Shown: in pieces, positions 10,003 through 18,880 of the stretch
Layout of the letters: the number at the start of each line of letters is the position of its first letter
Numbering within the stretch: the first letter of the stretch is position 1
Virus record (IMG/VR): IMGVR_UViG_2974629454_000001
Location: 59,119 to 123,118 of that record
DNA: 64,000 bases
Origin: Streptomyces virus LukeCage
Lineage: Duplodnaviria; Heunggongvirae; Uroviricota; Caudoviricetes
Reading direction: 5' to 3' (one strand)
Notes under the pieces: generated by a model
What the model saw: only the letters and a program-made list of their open reading frames with translations
Databases searched by the model: none
Told to the model about the DNA's origin: nothing
Translations under genes and position numbers: made by a program

Positions 10003-11826
10003 TTGATGTCAACAGATTTCACCGAGTTCTTCAATGCACTCTCTGATGAGGACTTTGAAGAGATTCCAGTCGATATTGAAACATTCGTGCAGAGTCAAGA
10101 CTATTTGGGAATGCCTCATCTGTCCGAATATCAGTATCAGCTTATTCGTGCATCCAGTCAGATTTACAAGGAGAGCACTCTTTACAACATTTACGAAGCA
10201 CAAAAGGCCCGGCAGAGATGGGCAGAGACATGTAACGAAGTCATTGCCTGTCTAGGTAAGGGTAGCGGTAAGGACTTCACATCCACCATCGCTTGTGCGT
10301 ATATCGTATATCTATTGCTATGTCTACGTAATCCAGCTAAGTATTTTGGTAAGCCTGCTGGAGACTCCATTGACATTTTGAACATCGCCATCAACGCAGC
10401 GCAGGCCAACAACGTCTTCTTCAAGGGCTTCAAGAGCCGTATCGAGGGGTCACCATGGTTTGTAGGAAAGTTCACGACTAAGGCGGGTCACATCGCATTT
10501 GATAAAAACGTGAACGTTTACTCAGGCCACTCCGAGCGTGAAGCCTGGGAGGGCTACAACCTGATCTACTGTGTGCTTGACGAGATCTCTGGTTTTGCAC
10601 TAGACTCTACATCAGGTAACGAACAGGCTAAGACGGCCGATGCTGTCTATAAGATGTATCGAGCATCTGTAGACTCTCGATTCCCAGCAGAAGGAAAGGT
10701 AGTTCTTCTATCATTCCCTCGCTTCAAGAACGACTTTATCTCTCAGAGATATGAAGCTGTTGTCGCTGATAAGCAGGTAATCGAGCGTAGCCACACATTT
10801 AAGCTTGATCCAGACCTTCCTGATGAAATTGAAGAAAACAAGTTCTCCATCAGGTGGGAAGAGGATCATATTATTTCCTACAACATTCCACGTGTATATG
10901 CATTGAAGCGTCCTACGTGGGAAGTCAATCCTACTCGTAAGATTGAAGACTTTACCACTGCATTCTTCACTGATCCTGTCGACGCATTGTCTCGATTTGC
11001 ATGTATGCCACCTGACGCAATTGATGCCTTCTTCAAGGACAAGGAGAAGGTAGAAGCGGCATTTTGTCGCCAAAACCCAATTGATGAAGATGGAACATAC
11101 AGTCCTGATTTTGTGCCAAAGGAAGGCGTGCGCTACTACGTTCACGTTGACCTTGCGCAGAAGCATGACCGTTGTGCCGTAGCACTAGCACATGTGGAGA
11201 AGTTTGTCCAGAAGAAAATCGGTGGGCAACTAAACGAAGTCCTGCCTTTTGTTGTAGTTGATGCTGTAAGATGGTGGACACCGAAGCCAGGTCAAGACAT
11301 TGACTTTGCCGACGTTCGAGAGTATATTACAGGATTGAAGCGAAGAGGATTTGACCTCAGACTTGTCACCTTTGACCGATGGAACTCTAATGACCAGATG
11401 AAGTATCTGCGAGGAGTTGGAATCAACTCAGAGGTCTTGTCTGTGGCAAAGAAGCATTATGAAGACTTGAGCTGGGTTGTCTATGATCAAAGGCTTGTTG
11501 GTCCAGATGCTGGTGTTCTTCGCAGAGAGCTGCTACAGTTGAGAATCATGCCGAACGACAAGATTGATCACCCAAGAACTGGATCAAAGGACTTGGCGGA
11601 CGCGGTGTGTGGAGCAGTTCACAATGCAATTACATACACTCCTCGTGAAGAGAACGCTGTCATTGAAGTGCAAACTTATCAGACTCTTCGACGTGCTGAG
11701 ATTCAGGCTCGTCAGGAAGAGGTTGACAGCCAGCGAGAACGTGATAATGTAATTATAGCTCCTCGTGAGAGGCGTGAGATGCCTGATGACATTCAGGAAT
11801 ATCTCACAAGGCTAGAAATTATCTAA
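10003..11826 (+). CDS. terminase large subunit
   Basis: Walker-A-like GKGSGKDF; C-terminal RNaseH-like Asp motifs (VHVDLAQKHDRC, IDHPRTGSKDLADAV); HNH endonuclease immediately downstream. Confidence 0.65.
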   Translation: MMSTDFTEFFNALSDEDFEEIPVDIETFVQSQDYLGMPHLSEYQYQLIRASSQIYKESTLYNIYEAQKARQRWAETCNEVIACLGKGSGKDFTSTIACAYIVYLLLCLRNPAKYFGKPAGDSIDILNIAINAAQANNVFFKGFKSRIEGSPWFVGKFTTKAGHIAFDKNVNVYSGHSEREAWEGYNLIYCVLDEISGFALDSTSGNEQAKTADAVYKMYRASVDSRFPAEGKVVLLSFPRFKNDFISQRYEAVVADKQVIERSHTFKLDPDLPDEIEENKFSIRWEEDHIISYNIPRVYALKRPTWEVNPTRKIEDFTTAFFTDPVDALSRFACMPPDAIDAFFKDKEKVEAAFCRQNPIDEDGTYSPDFVPKEGVRYYVHVDLAQKHDRCAVALAHVEKFVQKKIGGQLNEVLPFVVVDAVRWWTPKPGQDIDFADVREYITGLKRRGFDLRLVTFDRWNSNDQMKYLRGVGINSEVLSVAKKHYEDLSWVVYDQRLVGPDAGVLRRELLQLRIMPNDKIDHPRTGSKDLADAVCGAVHNAITYTPREENAVIEVQTYQTLRRAEIQARQEEVDSQRERDNVIIAPRERREMPDDIQEYLTRLEII

Positions 11827-11839
11827 GGAAGGTCATGCC

Positions 11840-12367
11840 ATGCCTGCTTTAAAGCAGAACCGTAAGGAAATTGTCAAGGCTCTCCTAGTACGTGATGGTA
11901 ACCTGTGTCGTCACCCCGATTGCGGGTTGCCATTCACCAAGGAGAAGCCTGCTACTATTGACCACTGGTTACCATTGAGTGCTGGTGGAACGTGGGAGCT
12001 AACTAACCTAGTTCTCATGCACCAGAAGTGTAATGCCGCCAAGGGCGACAAGATCCCTCTTGACGACGGCACACTTCCTGTGGTACAAAAGAAGCAGAGG
12101 GTTGATCGCGCTGTGAAGCGTGCGGCTCGTCCAGTAGTTTGTGAGCGTTGCCAGTCTGGTAGACTGCTCGGTCCAGACGAAGAGTGCGAGCAGTGTGGAA
12201 GCGGTCCTATGCCGCCAACATACCCTCAATGGTCCAAGATGAAGCCAAATGAGTGTACGCACGAAGGCATCTGGTGGTGCTGGTGCTGCATGTCTGGTAT
12301 CATACAAAGACAACCAGCAAGTAAGTACGTCTTTAATGGCGGTGAGCCGGGTATAGATCCGGCGTGA
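11840..12367 (+). CDS. HNH endonuclease
   Basis: IDHWLPLSAGG...NLVLMHQKCNAAKGDK is an H-N-H motif. Confidence 0.75.
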   Translation: MPALKQNRKEIVKALLVRDGNLCRHPDCGLPFTKEKPATIDHWLPLSAGGTWELTNLVLMHQKCNAAKGDKIPLDDGTLPVVQKKQRVDRAVKRAARPVVCERCQSGRLLGPDEECEQCGSGPMPPTYPQWSKMKPNECTHEGIWWCWCCMSGIIQRQPASKYVFNGGEPGIDPA

Positions 12368-12376
12368 AAGGATTAA

Positions 12377-12997
12377 ATGTCTACTACCACAGCAATGTTG
12401 CTCATCCTTGACCGATCTGGTAGCATGTCTAGTATCCAGATGGAGGCAGAGCAAGCGCTGAATGACTTCCTGACTAAGCAGAAGGCTGTTGACGGTCGAT
12501 GTGGAGTCAAGGTTGTTCAGTTTGACAGCGAAGTAGAAGATCTATTTGGTCCAGTTTCTCTAGCTAACGCACCTGAGATCAAGATCGTCCCTCGCGGAAT
12601 GACAGCACTACTTGACGCAATCGGCAAGTCTGTGACAGAATTCAGAGAGACGATGGACCATATGCCGGTGGATAAGCGACTCGTCGTTATCCTGACGGAT
12701 GGTCTAGAGAATGTTTCTCGGGAGTGGGATCTAGAAGCAGTTAACAAGCTGATTAGCGAGTCAAGGGAGTTGGGCTACGAGTTCATCTTCCTTGCCGCTA
12801 ACCAGGATGCAATTGCAACTGGTGCTCAAATGGGTATTCCAACAGCTTCAAGTTTGACCTTTGCAGCTAGTCCGGCTGGTGTGCGTGGCATGGGAATGAC
12901 CATGGACATGTATGTCACCAACTATCGTGAGGGTAAGTCAGCAGAATTCACTGATCAGGACAGGGCAACAGCCTCTGGCTTGACAGACGAAGACTAA
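12377..12997 (+). CDS. von Willebrand factor A (vWA) domain protein
   Basis: Metal-ion-dependent adhesion site (MIDAS) DRSGSMSS, then TALLDAIG and ILTDGLEN. Confidence 0.75.
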   Translation: MSTTTAMLLILDRSGSMSSIQMEAEQALNDFLTKQKAVDGRCGVKVVQFDSEVEDLFGPVSLANAPEIKIVPRGMTALLDAIGKSVTEFRETMDHMPVDKRLVVILTDGLENVSREWDLEAVNKLISESRELGYEFIFLAANQDAIATGAQMGIPTASSLTFAASPAGVRGMGMTMDMYVTNYREGKSAEFTDQDRATASGLTDED

Positions 12998-13104
12998 GCT
13001 GATAAAGTAGTAAATGTGGGTCGAAGGGCTCGGTCGGTTATCTTACATTGGAAATAGAAAGGTCATTAAATTGGCCACCCGACTCCCAACACTTATCCAC
13101 ATAT

Positions 13105-13178
13105 GCGGATGTAGTTTAATGGTAAAACCCCTGCCTTCCAAGCAGACGACGGGAGTTCGATTCTCCTCATCCGCTCCA
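13105..13178 (+). tRNA. tRNA-Gly(UCC), CCA encoded
   Basis: Acceptor gcggatg/catccgc; D arm gttt/aaac; anticodon loop cttccaa; T arm gggagttcgattctcct; CCA present. Confidence 0.8.
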
Positions 13179-13297
13179 AAGACCCGGATTCGCCTCTGCC
13201 ATCTTTTGTGGCATGCTACCGGCGAAATGCAGTCTAGAATGTATTTCGGTATCTGACCCGGATATGTTATGAGAGCGCCAGGCTCTTTAACTGGCAG

Positions 13298-13368
13298 GGT
13301 AACACATTCCCCTTTGGTGTAACGGCAACACAACAGACTCTGAATCTGTAGTTCCTAGTTCGAATCTA
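13298..13368 (+). tRNA. tRNA-Gln(CUG) (acceptor base imperfect)
   Basis: Anticodon arm acaga-ctctgaa-tctgt; T arm cctagttcgaatctagg; U1-A72. Confidence 0.5.
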
Positions 13369-13609
13369 GGTTGGGGAGCTGGTCCGACTTTACGATATCG
13401 GCGGATAGAACGGAACCGGAACTCACATAATAACCATGGTAAAGGTGAGGAATGGCGAAGGGAAATATGCGGGAAGCGATGGGTAAAACCTCCTCGGACC
13501 GACAATTTGTGGCCTAGTTGCAGGCCAGAATAGAACAATGAATCTCCCTGGGTTAGGCGCTTACGCCGTTCATTGTTTAAATTCAAAGGGGTCACGCCCA
13601 AGCAACTAT

Positions 13610-13680
13610 ATGTCCTAAGTGTTACGGTAGCACGGAAGGCTCCAACCCTTCAAGCGTGGGTTCGACTCCTACAGGACATG
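13610..13680 (+). tRNA. tRNA-Trp(CCA)
   Basis: Acceptor atgtcct/aggacat; anticodon arm gaagg-ctccaac-ccttc; T arm gtgggttcgactcctac. Confidence 0.65.
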
Positions 13681-13696
13681 CTTTTATAATAGAAAA

Positions 13697-13721
13697 CCCC
13701 GGTGCTAAGGTGCCGGGGTTT
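13697..13721 (+). terminator. rho-independent terminator after the tRNA cluster
   Basis: ccccgg tgctaaggtg ccgggg ttt. Confidence 0.55.
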
Positions 13722-14184
13722 AGCATTAGGAGCGATATGGGATACTACACCTCGATACCATCTTGAGATCGTCAGAGACAGTGAGAGAGCTAAGGATCTC
13801 ATTGATAATGCTGATAATGTCACCATTCCTGGAAGCTACGAACTGAATCTATCTAGACTGCTCAACGACAACTATGATACGATGAAGTGGTACGACTGGG
13901 AAGACGACATGGCTAGCCTGTCTAGAGATTGGCCAAACGTTCTGTTTGCCCTGAGTGGTGAAGGAGAGGAGCCCGGTGATCTTTGGAAGGCTTGGGTAAG
14001 AAACGGCAAGGTCATTAAGGTAGAGGGCAGAATCGTTTACGATGTCCCGAACCTTGACAAGGTGCTTCCGATCAACGATACTGTAGAAGAGAAGTACAGA
14101 GCAGAGAAGAAGGCAGAGCTTCAAGCCACTATCAAGGATCTTGAGAACAGGCTACAGGAGCTTAAGGGTCTATCTAAGGATTGA
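13702..14184 (+). CDS. hypothetical protein; start unresolved
   Basis: Long ORF. The only in-frame start upstream is a GTG inside the terminator hairpin. A Shine-Dalgarno-supported ATG at 13737 is in the +1 frame and stops after 9 codons. Confidence 0.4.
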   Translation: MLRCRGLALGAIWDTTPRYHLEIVRDSERAKDLIDNADNVTIPGSYELNLSRLLNDNYDTMKWYDWEDDMASLSRDWPNVLFALSGEGEEPGDLWKAWVRNGKVIKVEGRIVYDVPNLDKVLPINDTVEEKYRAEKKAELQATIKDLENRLQELKGLSKD

Positions 14185-14185
14185 T

Positions 14186-14353
14186 ATGGCACTCACTGGA
14201 AACCGCGATACTTGTTGGTTTCAGCGATGTGGCAATAAACCAATCCATCGAATTAGGTACTACAACAAGACCGTAATGGTTTGCAACAAGCACAAGAATC
14301 TCGATGGAGCAGGTTGTGCGCCAAGTCGCAGAAAGCCAAAGGGTTCAGCTTGA
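14186..14353 (+). CDS. Cys4 Zn-ribbon protein
   Basis: Shine-Dalgarno AAGGA; CWFQRCGN...CNKH. Confidence 0.45.
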   Translation: MALTGNRDTCWFQRCGNKPIHRIRYYNKTVMVCNKHKNLDGAGCAPSRRKPKGSA

Positions 14354-14407
14354 CAGACGCTACTGGGTCTGTTAGTATTAAGTACAACGCAGCGACAAAG
14401 CTGCTAT

Positions 14408-14479
14408 CTGGCACGGGGAAGATGGTAATCCATTCGCTTTGGAAGCGTAAGAAACCCGGTTCGATTCCGGGGTGCCAGA
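14408..14479 (+). tRNA. tRNA-Pro(UGG), C1:G72
   Basis: Acceptor ctggcac/gtgccag; loop tttggaa; T arm cccggttcgattccggg. Confidence 0.6.
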
Positions 14480-14502
14480 CTTGGACTGCAAAAGCAGTCT
14501 AT

Positions 14503-14577
14503 CGGGATGTAGCTCAGCTTGGTCAGAGCGCGCCGTTTGGGGCGGTGAAGTCGCAGGTTCGAATCCTGTCATCCCGA
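14503..14577 (+). tRNA. tRNA-Pro(UGG)-like second copy, C1:G72
   Basis: Acceptor cgggatg/catcccg; D arm gctc/gagc; loop tttgggg; T arm gcaggttcgaatcctgt. Confidence 0.55.
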
Positions 14578-14740
14578 CAATTTGGGTCGAATGGGATACG
14601 GTTATCATTCAATGGATAATAGGTTCGATTCCTATCGCTGGGTTCGCCCGGTAGATACAAGTCATCTGAGATTGTGTGTGGTAGGATGACATTAAGGACT
14701 ACACACTATCCGTTCCCGCCTTATACCTAAAGGACTTATT

Positions 14741-15262
14741 ATGACGGTACTTCTTAGGACTATCCACGGAAGCCATCTATATGGCCTCGCTCACAAAGGC
14801 TCTGACAAGGACATTTACGAAGTAATTGCAACCAGTCGAACCAAGCGTAAGCGAAACATTAAGCAAACCATTGTGAATGGTGTTGACAAGACGACGGTAG
14901 ATATGTCAACATTTATGAATATGGTTGATGAATGCGTACCTCAAGCACTTGAAGCGCTATGGACGCCGGTCGCTGAGATCGATAAGATCCACGAATTCCG
15001 GACTCAATATCGAGTGAATCGCGCCAAGATGAAGGAAGTATACATTCGAACCGCTCTAAACTTCGCTAAAAATGATGGAGTAAAGCAGAGGCGACACGCT
15101 ATCCGCCTGCTTCTCAATCTCGGCGCAGCTTTGGAATACGGAAAGTTTAACCCTCAGCTCTCCAACATGGACAAGTTCATTCTTGAATCTTCTATGGGCG
15201 AGACTGGAGCATATGAGGATGTCTTCCTAGGCGTTCTCGATGAAGTACAAAAGTGGGTCTGA
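14741..15262 (+). CDS. nucleotidyltransferase-fold protein (MNT-like)
   Basis: HGSHLYGLAHKGSDKD fits the GS...DxD motif. Confidence 0.55.
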   Translation: MTVLLRTIHGSHLYGLAHKGSDKDIYEVIATSRTKRKRNIKQTIVNGVDKTTVDMSTFMNMVDECVPQALEALWTPVAEIDKIHEFRTQYRVNRAKMKEVYIRTALNFAKNDGVKQRRHAIRLLLNLGAALEYGKFNPQLSNMDKFILESSMGETGAYEDVFLGVLDEVQKWV

Positions 15263-15279
15263 AAGATGGCTCACGCCAC

Positions 15280-15356
15280 TGGGGCGTATACCCTCTGTCT
15301 GATAAACAGTTGAAAGGTTAAGTGGTCACATGTGGGTTCAACTCCCACCGTCCCAA
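15280..15356 (+). other. tRNA-like element (acceptor stem plus canonical T arm; internal arms non-canonical)
   Basis: tggggcg ... gtgggttcaactcccac cgtccca. Confidence 0.35.
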
Positions 15357-15395
15357 CTGGTCTCCTTGGTGAGACAGTAGCAGAAAAACTAAATC

Positions 15396-17207
15396 ATGGT
15401 GGATTTCGACAAGAAGCATTCAAAAGAACTTGTGAAACTCCCTGACTCAGACCTAGAGCTTAGCTCTAGGTCTTTTAGGCTTTCCAGTCAGGGAGCGCTT
15501 AAGCATGTCTCAGGAGGGGCACGCCTAAGCATGAAGAATCTGGTTGACTGGTTGACTGTCGCAGACTACAAGATTGAGATTGCTAAGGCTAGACACGAAG
15601 GTAATCATGAGAAGGCTCGCAAGCTCCGAATGGAACAACAGAAGCACGCACAACCACGCAGGAAGAGATTCTACATTTGCGTAGCGGCGTCTCTAGCGAT
15701 GACAGCATGGCTTACAAGTGCCTTCGGTGCTGTCACATTTGGCGCGGTGGCAGTCAGTCTCTTGATCGCCTTTGCCATAGTAGGAGTAACTAACAAGACT
15801 TACATCTTCGGCGAAGAAGCAGAAGATCGGGAAGAAGATGCTATGGCACCTTTCCCAATTGCAGATGCTCGTAACAGAGAAGAAGCGATTGAGTGTCTAC
15901 GCAGAGCATTGCTTGCAGAGGGAATCACTCCTCGAAATATCCTTGAACCAACTCGATACAATTGGGGTTGGGAATTTCCAGTCATTCTTCGTAAGGGCAC
16001 TCCTGATGATGTAATGGCTAAGACCAAGGATATGGAAACTTTGATGAGACTTCCTGCTGATGGAATGCTTGTTGCAGCTACCAGATTCCGAGCCGAAGTA
16101 ATTATTCGTCTTATGCAGTCCGACCCATTTGCTGACATGACTGGACAGGGCAGAGCTGAGCCTCTATCTCGTTCAATCAAAAACAAGTACAAGGTCGCCC
16201 AGCGTATGGACGGACAGTTCCTTGAAATGTCTCTTCTAAGAAATCACGCAGTCATCATCGCCGCGCCTGGTGGTGGTAAGTCTATGTTCATGAGAACACT
16301 AGCAGACATTACGACGAGTTGTCGTGACTGTGTAACTTGGGACATTGACCCCGGTGGAAATGGTCTTGAAGTATTCGGAGATGCTATTGCACGTAGAGGT
16401 AGAACAGAAGCTGAAATTGAGGAAATGCTCACCGAGGCTCTTGAGTACACTAAGATTCGTGCAAAGAAGCTGACAAAGCTTCGCATGGGAGATAACTGGC
16501 AGCCAACGAGGGAACACCCTGCATTGGTAATCTTCATTGATGAGTTTATTCAGCTCAGCAAGAAGTGCAAGGATCTCGCCGTAGACATCATCCGTAATGG
16601 ACGTAAGTCAGCAATCACAGTCATTCTAGCTGCACAGCAGGCAACCAAGGATCAGCTTGGAGCGGCCATTGCAGACGCTGTATCAATTAAGATAATGTTT
16701 GCCTCTCGTCATGCCGACGTTCCTTTGGTATTTGGAGAGGGAGCCCTAAGTCAGGGTTGGAGGCCAGATAAGCTACACCCTGCCTCTGGAGAAGATCCAG
16801 AGGACGCAGGTAAGTGCTACATTATGGGCGGTGGCTCAAGAGAGCCATATCTCTACAAGGCATTCCCGATTGATCCAGATGAAGCTATTGAGATTGGTGA
16901 TGAGCGAGCCGGTGAAGGAATTGTCGAACTGGATAAGGACACTTATCTAGACGTAACAGTCACAGATGTAACAGACAGGAGACTGCTCGAAGACATCATG
17001 GACATCTTTGAGAACTTTGACGAGCATGACTGGCTGCCTGCCAGCATCTTGACTAAGGAACTCCGAGGTTACGGACACACCTTGACAGCTCGTCAGCTCC
17101 ATGAGATTCTAGGTAACACCGGTCGGGAGAGCCGAGTATGGGAAGGCTCTAAGTACAAGGTTGCCGGTTACTTTAGGAAGAACATCGAGAAGCAACTGGA
17201 GCAATAA
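15396..17207 (+). CDS. FtsK/SpoIIIE-family DNA translocase ATPase with an N-terminal transmembrane segment
   Basis: Hydrophobic segment at residues ~95-125; Walker A AAPGGGKSMF; Walker B VIFIDEF. Confidence 0.7.
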   Translation: MVDFDKKHSKELVKLPDSDLELSSRSFRLSSQGALKHVSGGARLSMKNLVDWLTVADYKIEIAKARHEGNHEKARKLRMEQQKHAQPRRKRFYICVAASLAMTAWLTSAFGAVTFGAVAVSLLIAFAIVGVTNKTYIFGEEAEDREEDAMAPFPIADARNREEAIECLRRALLAEGITPRNILEPTRYNWGWEFPVILRKGTPDDVMAKTKDMETLMRLPADGMLVAATRFRAEVIIRLMQSDPFADMTGQGRAEPLSRSIKNKYKVAQRMDGQFLEMSLLRNHAVIIAAPGGGKSMFMRTLADITTSCRDCVTWDIDPGGNGLEVFGDAIARRGRTEAEIEEMLTEALEYTKIRAKKLTKLRMGDNWQPTREHPALVIFIDEFIQLSKKCKDLAVDIIRNGRKSAITVILAAQQATKDQLGAAIADAVSIKIMFASRHADVPLVFGEGALSQGWRPDKLHPASGEDPEDAGKCYIMGGGSREPYLYKAFPIDPDEAIEIGDERAGEGIVELDKDTYLDVTVTDVTDRRLLEDIMDIFENFDEHDWLPASILTKELRGYGHTLTARQLHEILGNTGRESRVWEGSKYKVAGYFRKNIEKQLEQ

Positions 17208-17422
17208 TGGAAATGTTGATGGTTGGCCCGGTGTTCCTTTGGGGTCTGGTCACTCTCTATCTAGTGAAGAAGAAGGGTAGGCAGTGGCCAGATCTAATTT
17301 GGGGAATTCTTGGCGGGCTCATTGTAGCCAAGCTATTTCCGCAAACCGTAGACAGCGTTTTTAACCTGTTCAGCGGTGCATGGGACGCCATTGTCAGTAT
17401 CTTCAACAGCGTCAGTGGTTGA
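17207..17422 (+). CDS. small membrane protein
   Basis: Two hydrophobic helices; ATG overlaps the upstream stop. Confidence 0.5.
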   Translation: MEMLMVGPVFLWGLVTLYLVKKKGRQWPDLIWGILGGLIVAKLFPQTVDSVFNLFSGAWDAIVSIFNSVSG

Positions 17423-17470
17423 CAGACTGTCTGACACGCTGTAAGCTGTAGCTAAAGGTCTTCGGACCGA

Positions 17471-17544
17471 GCGCCTGTAGCATATGTGGTTGATGCGCCA
17501 GTCTTATAAACTGGAGAAAGCGGGTTCAAATCCCGCCAGGCGTA
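17471..17544 (+). tRNA. tRNA-Ile(UAU)
   Basis: Acceptor gcgcctg/caggcgt (G1-U72); anticodon arm ccagt-cttataa-actgg; T arm gcgggttcaaatcccgc. Confidence 0.7.
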
Positions 17545-17570
17545 CTTTGTAATCAACCGAAGGGATAGAG

Positions 17571-17744
17571 ATGGCTCTATCAAAGCTGTTTCCCGTGGGG
17601 ACTCGGGTGAAGGTTACTCGTGGCTCTTACAAGAACAAGTACGGCAAGGTTGCACTTGTGGGCAACGATCATAAGATCGTTGTTCTTGAAAAGGAAGGCA
17701 CTCCGCTGTATGGTGTGAGTGACGAAATGGTTCAGAAGGCATGA
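17571..17744 (+). CDS. small KOW-like protein
   Basis: Shine-Dalgarno AAGGGA; VGTRVKVTRGSYKNKYGKV is KOW-like; its stop overlaps the next ATG. Under 60 aa, so not in the ORF track. Confidence 0.45.
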   Translation: MALSKLFPVGTRVKVTRGSYKNKYGKVALVGNDHKIVVLEKEGTPLYGVSDEMVQKA

Positions 17745-18055
17745 TGAATCTGAATGAGCTAATGAAGTGCAGACGTTGTCATCGACACGAGCCCTTGTGG
17801 TCACATGCCCTTGGAACATTTTGCACGGAATGCGCACATCTTGCAGACAAAATTATGGACGATGACTGCAAGATTCTTGCGTTTCTTGCTTATGAAGTTC
17901 ATGAGTTTGTCGAGGGAGATCTTGTCTGGGATCTTGAAACTGGAGATCATGGATACTTCTTCACCGAAGGATTGCAGTGCCATCATGTGCTAGTCGATGG
18001 TGAAATCCGTCAGTACAACAAGATGAACATCTATCTCTCAAACGTGGAGGTCTAA
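17741..18055 (+). CDS. hypothetical Cys/His-rich protein
   Basis: ORF track. Confidence 0.5.
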   Translation: MMNLNELMKCRRCHRHEPLWSHALGTFCTECAHLADKIMDDDCKILAFLAYEVHEFVEGDLVWDLETGDHGYFFTEGLQCHHVLVDGEIRQYNKMNIYLSNVEV

Positions 18056-18234
18056 TGGACAGCAAGAAGGGTCTTGAAGTCGGAACCAAGGTAATTGTTG
18101 GTTCCGACAAGAAGAAGGGTGAGATCTGGGAGCTTGGAACCAATCCAACTCTCGTTAAGGTTCTCATGAAGGAAGGCGCTTGGGAGGGACAGGTTATGCT
18201 TGTCGTCCTTAAGCAGGTCAAGCTTGACAAGTAA
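18055..18234 (+). CDS. small KOW-like protein
   Basis: GGAGG Shine-Dalgarno; VGTKVIVGSDKKKGEI. Confidence 0.45.
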   Translation: MDSKKGLEVGTKVIVGSDKKKGEIWELGTNPTLVKVLMKEGAWEGQVMLVVLKQVKLDK

Positions 18235-18262
18235 GCAGGGGGCCTGATACACTCAGGCTATT

Positions 18263-18347
18263 GGAAGGTAAGCGATTGGTTAGCGGGCGTCTTGGAAAGG
18301 CGCTAAGGGTGTTAAAGCCCAGCAGGGTTCAATTCCCTGGCCTTCCG
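18263..18347 (+). tRNA. tRNA-Ser(GGA), class II
   Basis: Acceptor ggaaggt/gccttcc; anticodon arm gcgtc-ttggaaa-ggcgc; long variable arm; T arm cagggttcaattccctg. Confidence 0.7.
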
Positions 18348-18358
18348 CTGGAGGTGCT

Positions 18359-18586
18359 ATGATTATCTGTGGCGACATGGTTCAAGTAAAGCACAACCGT
18401 GAGAATATTGATCCTGCTTATTACGGTAAGCGCGGTCGAGTTCACAAGCGTACTCGATTTCTCAAGAGGCTCGGTGCCGGTGAGTACGAAATTATGTTCT
18501 TCGAGAAGGGTCTCAATCATCCTATCATGGGTGTAATGGGAGGCTTCCTTGAGGAAGATCTAGAAGTTGTTGGCGGTAAGTGCTGA
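18359..18586 (+). CDS. small KOW-like protein
   Basis: GGAGG Shine-Dalgarno. Confidence 0.45.
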   Translation: MIICGDMVQVKHNRENIDPAYYGKRGRVHKRTRFLKRLGAGEYEIMFFEKGLNHPIMGVMGGFLEEDLEVVGGKC

Positions 18587-18595
18587 CAGCTTTAT

Positions 18596-18683
18596 GGAGG
18601 CGTTAACGTCGGCAGTGTGGAAGGTCTTTGAACGGCCTACGGTGTAGGGATACGCCGCGAGAGTTCGAATCTCTCCGCCTCCG
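18596..18683 (+). tRNA. tRNA-Ser(UGA), class II
   Basis: Acceptor ggaggcg/cgcctcc; anticodon arm aggtc-tttgaac-ggcct; T arm gagagttcgaatctctc. Confidence 0.7.
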
Positions 18684-18686
18684 CTT

Positions 18687-18716
18687 AGTCCGGTACATTC
18701 GTGTACCGGACTTTTT
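18687..18716 (+). terminator. rho-independent terminator
   Basis: gtccggtaca ttcg tgtaccggac ttttt. Confidence 0.65.
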
Positions 18717-18880
18717 CATAGGAGCATTATGCTAGGAAAAGGAAAGAAACAGAAGGACTGCTATCACGTCAATGTGAGAAAGATCTACGGAGACGAGATT
18801 ATTGCAGCCGGATTCAATAGGGCCTATTGCTATGATTGCAAGAGGTTTTTGCCAACACTTCCACCCGAAAGGACTAAATA

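Noticed and set aside
15800-16537. - strand ORFs inside the FtsK-like gene
   Set aside because: They are antisense to a gene with clear Walker A and B motifs.
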